Shown one piece after another: positions 58,974 through 64,000 of a stretch of DNA of 64,000 bases. A model generated the notes under the pieces. The model worked only from the letters and a program-made list of their open reading frames with translations. It was not told the DNA's origin and did not search any database. The translations under genes and the position numbers were made by a program. This DNA comes from Candidatus Limnocylindrales bacterium (GTDB taxonomy: Bacteria; Chloroflexota; Limnocylindria; Limnocylindrales; CSP1-4). Each line of letters starts with the position of its first letter. Within the stretch, counting starts at the first letter, position 1. The DNA lies in the NCBI GenBank assembly GCA_038204565.1, contig JBBRCU010000008.1, positions 18,412-82,411 on the forward strand, in the 5' to 3' direction.

Positions 58974-60749
58974 GTGCGACTCATCGAGATCCGCCTCCTC
59001 GAAGGCCCCAGCGCCTACCGGCTCGGGCCGGTGGTCAAGGTCGAGATCGCGATTGGGCGTCGTCGGACGTGGTATGGCCAGCGCAGCCCCGGCCGGCACG
59101 CCCTGGTCCACCTCGGCGCCAACGTCCCGGCTCGTGACTGGCCCCTGCCGATCGCCGAGCTCGTCGGTTGGCTTCGCCGGCTCAGGGCCGACCACGGCGA
59201 GGGCCGCGGCGGGATCGGGGTCCATCGCTCGTCCGACCCCGGCCACTGGATCGTGACCTGCGGCTGGACCGGCGCCGAGCGGGCCCGAACGATCGCCGAG
59301 GCGGCCCTGGCCCTGACGGACCGCGACGTCTCGTCGGCGCGGCGAGCGCAGCTCACGGGCAGCCAGGCGCGGCTGCTCACCCGCTGGGCGGCCCGGATCG
59401 ACGCCGCGGGGACGACCCCGCCGGTCTGGATCCGCGACGCCGACCGGCGAATACCGATCGTCTCGATCACCGGCACCAACGGCAAGAGCACGGTCACCCG
59501 CCTGATCACCCACATCTTCAAGCTCGCCGGGCAGAGGGTCGGCACGACGACCTCGGACGGCATCCTTGTCGACGAGCGCCTCGTCGAGGCCGGCGACTGG
59601 ACGGGTCCGGGCGGGGCGTGGCAGATCCTCGAGCGTTCGGACATCGACATCGCCGTGCTCGAGACCGCCCGAGGCGGTCTCGTCCTGCGGGGCATGGGCT
59701 ACGAGTCGAACGATGCGAGCGTCGTGACGAACGTCTCCTCGGACCATCTCGACCTCCAGGGAATCCACACCCTGCCCGAGCTCGCGGAGGTGAAGTCGAC
59801 CGTCGTGCGGGCCACGAAGCCCGACGGCTGGGTGGTCCTGAACGCTGATGACCCGCTCGTGGCAGCCATGGCCCGGCGGGTCCGCTCGCACGTCGCGGTG
59901 TTCTCGCTCGGGAGCGGGTCGGCTGGCGCGGGGGTCGTCCGGCGGACGGTGGCGGGCGGCGGCCGGGCGTATCTCCTGCGAGACGGTTGGCTGGTCGAGA
60001 TCGACGGGTCCGGGGGCGGCGAACCAATCGAGCATCGGGTCATCGAAGTCGACCGGGTGCCGATCACGCTCGGCGGGCTGGCCCGCCACAACGTCGCCAA
60101 CGCGCTTGCGGCAGCCGGCGCGGCGCGCGGGCTCGGAATCACCCTGGCCCAGCTCCGCGACGGCCTGTCCGACTTCCAGCCTGACTCGGAGCGGTCGCCC
60201 GGGCGGCTCAACCTCTTCCGCCTGGGAGCGAAGGTGATCATCGTCGACTTCGCCCACAACGAGGCGGGCGTCAGCGCGGTGCTCGACGTCGCCGAGGGGA
60301 TCGCCGGCGGAGCGGCCGGTCGGGCAGCGCCGGTCACCGCGATCATCGGCACGGCGGGCGACCGGCCGGACGACACCCTCCGCGGGATCGGCCGGATCGC
60401 CGCGAAGCGGGCGCAGCGGGTCGCGATCAAGGAAACGCTGAAGTACCTCCGCGGCCGGAGCCGCGAGTCGATCGTCGGGGAGATCCTCGCCGGGGTCGTC
60501 GCCGGGGGCGGCGTCGCTAGCGACGTCCTGATCTACGAATCGGAGACGGAGGCGATCCGGGCCGAGTTGGCAAGGAACGGCGAGGGTGGGGCAAAGCCCG
60601 GCGCGGCCCGAGTGATCGTCCTGATGTGCCACGAGGAGCGGACCGAGGTCTTCGCCCTCCTGCAGGATCTCGGCGCAAAGCCGATCGATGTCGCGAGTGA
60701 GCTCACGACGCTCATCCCGAGGTTCCAGGCGCGGCCCCGCCGGGGCTGA
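58974..60749 (+). CDS. Cyanophycin synthetase-like Mur ligase lacking the ATP-grasp domain
   Basis: N-terminus MRLIEIRLLEGP resembles the CphA start; about 155 aa later come RIPIVSITGTNGKST, ETARGG, TNV..DHL, LNADD, PGRLN and DFAHN. Confidence 0.85.
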   Translation: MRLIEIRLLEGPSAYRLGPVVKVEIAIGRRRTWYGQRSPGRHALVHLGANVPARDWPLPIAELVGWLRRLRADHGEGRGGIGVHRSSDPGHWIVTCGWTGAERARTIAEAALALTDRDVSSARRAQLTGSQARLLTRWAARIDAAGTTPPVWIRDADRRIPIVSITGTNGKSTVTRLITHIFKLAGQRVGTTTSDGILVDERLVEAGDWTGPGGAWQILERSDIDIAVLETARGGLVLRGMGYESNDASVVTNVSSDHLDLQGIHTLPELAEVKSTVVRATKPDGWVVLNADDPLVAAMARRVRSHVAVFSLGSGSAGAGVVRRTVAGGGRAYLLRDGWLVEIDGSGGGEPIEHRVIEVDRVPITLGGLARHNVANALAAAGAARGLGITLAQLRDGLSDFQPDSERSPGRLNLFRLGAKVIIVDFAHNEAGVSAVLDVAEGIAGGAAGRAAPVTAIIGTAGDRPDDTLRGIGRIAAKRAQRVAIKETLKYLRGRSRESIVGEILAGVVAGGGVASDVLIYESETEAIRAELARNGEGGAKPGAARVIVLMCHEERTEVFALLQDLGAKPIDVASELTTLIPRFQARPRRG

Positions 60750-60820
60750 CGATTGAGCGCAGCCGGCCACCCACGCGTACCCTGAGGCGCCGTGGGCAAC
60801 CTAAGCCGCTGCGGGCAACC

Positions 60821-61371
60821 TCAGGCGCGGTCGGGCAGCCAGACGCGGACGTCGAGGCGGGCGGTGAACCGGAGATGCGGCGGGCGATCCGGGAGCACGA
60901 GGCCGTTGGCGGCCGCCATCGTCTCGGTGACGATGGCCGCCTCGGCCGGTTGGAGCGGCCACGGGGCGTGGGCGATCCGGGTCGGACGGATCCCTCCGTG
61001 CGAGTCGACCGCGAAGAGCCGCGTCCGGTCGGTCAGCCACGCGTCGAGCGAGCCCGGTGCCGCCGGCCGCCCTCCACGGTCGGCCTGCTCGCGGCGTCCA
61101 GGCTCATGAAGAAGATGCCGGGCGTCCCGCGATGGCGGACGTAGGTGCGGACGTTGATCTCCGGAAACGTGCTCAACCGCGGGACGGCGGGCATCCCTCG
61201 CGGCGCCACGTCGGCCATCGTGAACGGCACGATCCCGAGCCACGCCTCGCCGCCGTACGTGTCGAGCTCGAGACCGGCGGGCAGGCACGCCGCGAGCGCC
61301 GCGCGATCAACCGGCCCATGGGCGATCAGCAGGTCGAGCCAGCGCATCCGGAACAGCCACGGATCGGGCAT
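60821..61371 (-). pseudogene. YqjF/DUF2071 family gene with internal deletion and frameshift
   Basis: 5' frame has W.DLL..H..VD, FPEINVRTYV and FFMSLDA. The 3' part (PGSLDAWLTDR...HAPWPLQPA) is in another frame, with the switch near 61065. Confidence 0.8.
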
Positions 61372-61467
61372 GCGCGTCAGGCGCCGACGGGGGCGGCGCC
61401 GGGGCCGAGCGACCGCCCGCCGCCGGCCGCCGTCAGAGTCGCCAACAACACGCTACTCACCGGTAGC

Positions 61468-61495
61468 ACGATACTCTGCCGAGCGCCGGTGTCAA
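61468..61495 (-). promoter_or_regulatory. Sigma70-like promoter with adjacent GCTAC-N6-GTAGC inverted repeat
   Basis: Minus strand TTGACA (61490-61495), 16-bp spacer, TATCGT (61468-61473); inverted repeat at 61452-61467. Confidence 0.5.
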
Positions 61496-61520
61496 TGTCC
61501 GCGGCGGCGATGACGAACGG

Positions 61521-62606
61521 CTAGTCCGCGGATGCGCCGGCGAGGAGCTCGTCGAGCCGTTTGAACGGCTGCCAGGCGCCCTCGGTCACGTTCGACTGGA
61601 CGACGATCCGCTCGCCGGTCGCGGGATAGGCCCAGGCCCGGCAGCTGAACCCCGGATCCTCGCCGGCATGGCCGATCCGGGCGGTCGGGCCCACGCCGCC
61701 GTGAACGACGCCGAGCCCGTACCCGGCACGCTCGACCGGGCTGAACGCGTGGGGGCCGATCATCCGCTCGCGAGTGGCACGGCTCAGGAACCCGCCGGTC
61801 GCGCCCCGTCCGGTCAGTGCATCGAGCGCCCGGACCAGATCATCGGCCGTCGTCTGGGCGCCGCCATCGGGCAATCCGACCGCCGGCATCGCGTGGAGGT
61901 TCGTCCGCCAGGTCGTCGCGGGCGAGCCCGGCGCCGCTTCGGGGTCCGGTGGCTGATAGCCGACCGCGAGGTCCGGCTCGAGCCCGTCGAGCGCCCAGAA
62001 CCCGCTCGAGTCCATGCCAAGCGGAGCGAACACCTCGTCCCGGACAAGATCCGGAAACGGTCGCCCCGTGACCTCCTCGAGGGCCAGCCCGGCGAGGACA
62101 TACGCGCCGTTGTTGTAGCGGGTGGCGCCGGCCGGGTCGCCCGTCCTAGGCAGGTCGCGGAACCGCGAGATCAAATCTCGCGGGGAACGGATCATGCCGG
62201 GCGGGACCGTCTCCCAGATCGCCGCGTAGGGCGGGCCGTCGTACTCGTCGGCGTAGTCGCCGACGCCGGATGTGTGGTTCAGCAGGTGATGGAGGGTGAC
62301 ACGGGGATCCAGGTCGACCGGGCGGAGGTCCTCGGCAACCAGGTCGACCAACCGGTCCTCGTAGCGGACGACCTCGCGATCCACGAGGCGACCGACCGTC
62401 AACCCGGTCAGGAGCTTCGTCGTCGAGGCCGTCCCGAACCGAGTTCCGGCGTGGATCGGCAGGCCCGCCGCCCGGTCGGCGAGGCCCGTTGCAATCGCCA
62501 GCCGCTCCTCGTCATCGTCGCCGACGACCAGGACGACACCCGAGAATTCCTCGGCCTCGAGCCAGGTCCGGTATCGGCCACGATCGAGACGGGCGAGGCG
62601 GCTCAC
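61521..62606 (-). CDS. Serine hydrolase (beta-lactamase/AmpC-like family)
   Basis: FGTASTTK (SxxK), LLNHTSG, YNN (YxN), PLGM and HAG motifs; no signal peptide. Confidence 0.9.
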   Translation of the reverse strand: MSRLARLDRGRYRTWLEAEEFSGVVLVVGDDDEERLAIATGLADRAAGLPIHAGTRFGTASTTKLLTGLTVGRLVDREVVRYEDRLVDLVAEDLRPVDLDPRVTLHHLLNHTSGVGDYADEYDGPPYAAIWETVPPGMIRSPRDLISRFRDLPRTGDPAGATRYNNGAYVLAGLALEEVTGRPFPDLVRDEVFAPLGMDSSGFWALDGLEPDLAVGYQPPDPEAAPGSPATTWRTNLHAMPAVGLPDGGAQTTADDLVRALDALTGRGATGGFLSRATRERMIGPHAFSPVERAGYGLGVVHGGVGPTARIGHAGEDPGFSCRAWAYPATGERIVVQSNVTEGAWQPFKRLDELLAGASAD

Positions 62607-62628
62607 CGACGGCGGGCGCCGTGGGCCA

Positions 62629-64000
62629 TCAGCCCTCCGGCACCTCAAGCTCGCCGGGATCGGCGAACGCGGTATTCCCGCGGGCGTGACCCGCAGCGGC
62701 CATGGCCGCGCGGTAGACGCCGATCGCGTCGTCGACGCAGCAGACGATGAGATCGCCGGGTGCCGCCCGGCGCAACGCGGCCCGGACTGCGGTCATCTCG
62801 TCGAGCATCTTCTCGGCCTTCAGGGCGCGCCCGCCGGCGGCTCGCGAGGTCCGGACGCCCTCGATGACGTTGCTGGCCGATACGCCCGGCGCCCGGCCGC
62901 GGAGGTTCTTGTCCTCCCGGACGATGATCTCGTCGAACGCCCGGGCGGCGATCGCCCCGTACTCGGTCTGGTCCTCGTCGCGGCGGTCGCCCGGGATCCC
63001 GATGACACCGATCGCCCGGCCGCTGCGGGCGTGACCGTTCGTCGTCAGCCCGATGCGGCCCGCCCGGGACTGCGGCTCGGTCATCATCCGCTCGACGAAA
63101 TCGGCCAGCTGACGCATCCCGTCGACGTTGTGGCAATAGTCGATGACGACCCGGATCCCGCCCACGTCGAGCAGGTTGAGCCGGCCCGGGGCCTGGAAGA
63201 ACGAGGTCGAGAACGTCCGGAGGCCCTGCCGGATGTCGTGGAGGTGGGCACCGGCAGCCCATGCTGCGGCGGCTGCCGCCAAGGCGTTTGCCACATTCAT
63301 CCGGGCCCGGCCGCCGAACGTCGCCGGGACAAGGTGGGTGTACAGGACCGGCATCGTCCGCGGCCCGTGGCGGAGAACGATCAGCTCCCCCTCCGGACCA
63401 GGCTGGAGGACGAAGGCGGCGTTGCCCCGGGCGGTGTGGCCGTCGACCCGGTCGAAGCCGTCCTCGCCCTTCTGGATGGACATGCTGAAGAGGACGACCT
63501 TGCCCGCGCAATGGCGGCCCATCCGGTAGACGTGGCCGTCGTCCGCGTTGAGGACCGCGGTCCCGGAGCGCGGAACCGCCTCGACGACGACGCCCTTGAC
63601 GTTCGCCAGCTGGCCGATCGTGTCGATCCCACCGATCCCGAGATGGTCGCCCGTGACGTTCGTGACCACCGCGACGTCGTTCCGGTCGTAGCCGAGACCT
63701 TCGCGCAGGATCCCACCTCGGGCGACCTCGAACACCGCGGTGTCGACGGTCGGGTTCTGGAGGACCATCTGGGCCGACTTCGGGCCCGACATGTCGCCCT
63801 TCTTGATCATTCGGCCGTCGATGACGATGCCGTCGGTCGAGGTCAGCCCGACCCGCCGGCCCTTGAGCTTGAGGATGTGGGCGATCATCCGGACGGTCGT
63901 CGTCTTGCCGTTCGTCCCAGTCACCGCCACGATCGGGATCCGTGACGGCGAGCCCGGCGGGAAGAGGCCGTCGATCACCGGCCGGGCGACGTACTGCGGC
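62629..64000 (-). CDS. cphA: Cyanophycin synthetase (C-terminal Mur-ligase part; 5' end outside the window)
   Basis: VA.PVID.LFP...SRIPIVAVTGTNGKTTT linker typical of CphA; EVARGGILREGLG, APGRLN, DYCHN and PGDRRD motifs. Confidence 0.88.
   Translation of the reverse strand, partial: PQYVARPVIDGLFPPGSPSRIPIVAVTGTNGKTTTVRMIAHILKLKGRRVGLTSTDGIVIDGRMIKKGDMSGPKSAQMVLQNPTVDTAVFEVARGGILREGLGYDRNDVAVVTNVTGDHLGIGGIDTIGQLANVKGVVVEAVPRSGTAVLNADDGHVYRMGRHCAGKVVLFSMSIQKGEDGFDRVDGHTARGNAAFVLQPGPEGELIVLRHGPRTMPVLYTHLVPATFGGRARMNVANALAAAAAAWAAGAHLHDIRQGLRTFSTSFFQAPGRLNLLDVGGIRVVIDYCHNVDGMRQLADFVERMMTEPQSRAGRIGLTTNGHARSGRAIGVIGIPGDRRDEDQTEYGAIAARAFDEIIVREDKNLRGRAPGVSASNVIEGVRTSRAAGGRALKAEKMLDEMTAVRAALRRAAPGDLIVCCVDDAIGVYRAAMAAAGHARGNTAFADPGELEVPEG

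Overview
High-GC (about 70% by eye) bacterial chromosomal window. Gene content suggests Chloroflexota (Limnocylindria-like), which is an inference. It is mostly housekeeping: trpE-G-D under a Trp T-box riboswitch, tRNA-Ser(UGA), greA-lysS(class I)-serS, argR, uppP, a K+-independent H+-PPase, tandem lepB, ndk, a BMP nucleoside ABC transporter, coaX-coaBC-panB-[insert]-panC, gdh, and the 3' part of cphA. No integrase, transposase, prophage or CRISPR array was seen. The strongest candidate novelties are: (1) a cyanophycin-synthetase paralogue with a reduced N domain joined directly to an intact Mur-ligase module and no ATP-grasp domain, lying near canonical cphA among (iso)peptidases; (2) a GntR-controlled APC permease/FGGY kinase/G1P dehydrogenase/HAD/TIM-barrel operon for an unknown substrate, with a perfect operator palindrome; (3) an orphan, degenerate Mrp/NuoN-like membrane pair; (4) two copies of a degenerate 180-bp inverted-repeat element; (5) frequent apparently leaderless genes and 8-10 codon 'bridge' ORFs; (6) unusual fusions (zf-UBP plus helicase-associated domain, Flp-pilin-like helix plus DUF4349). 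All family calls come from motif recognition by eye, with no database searches.
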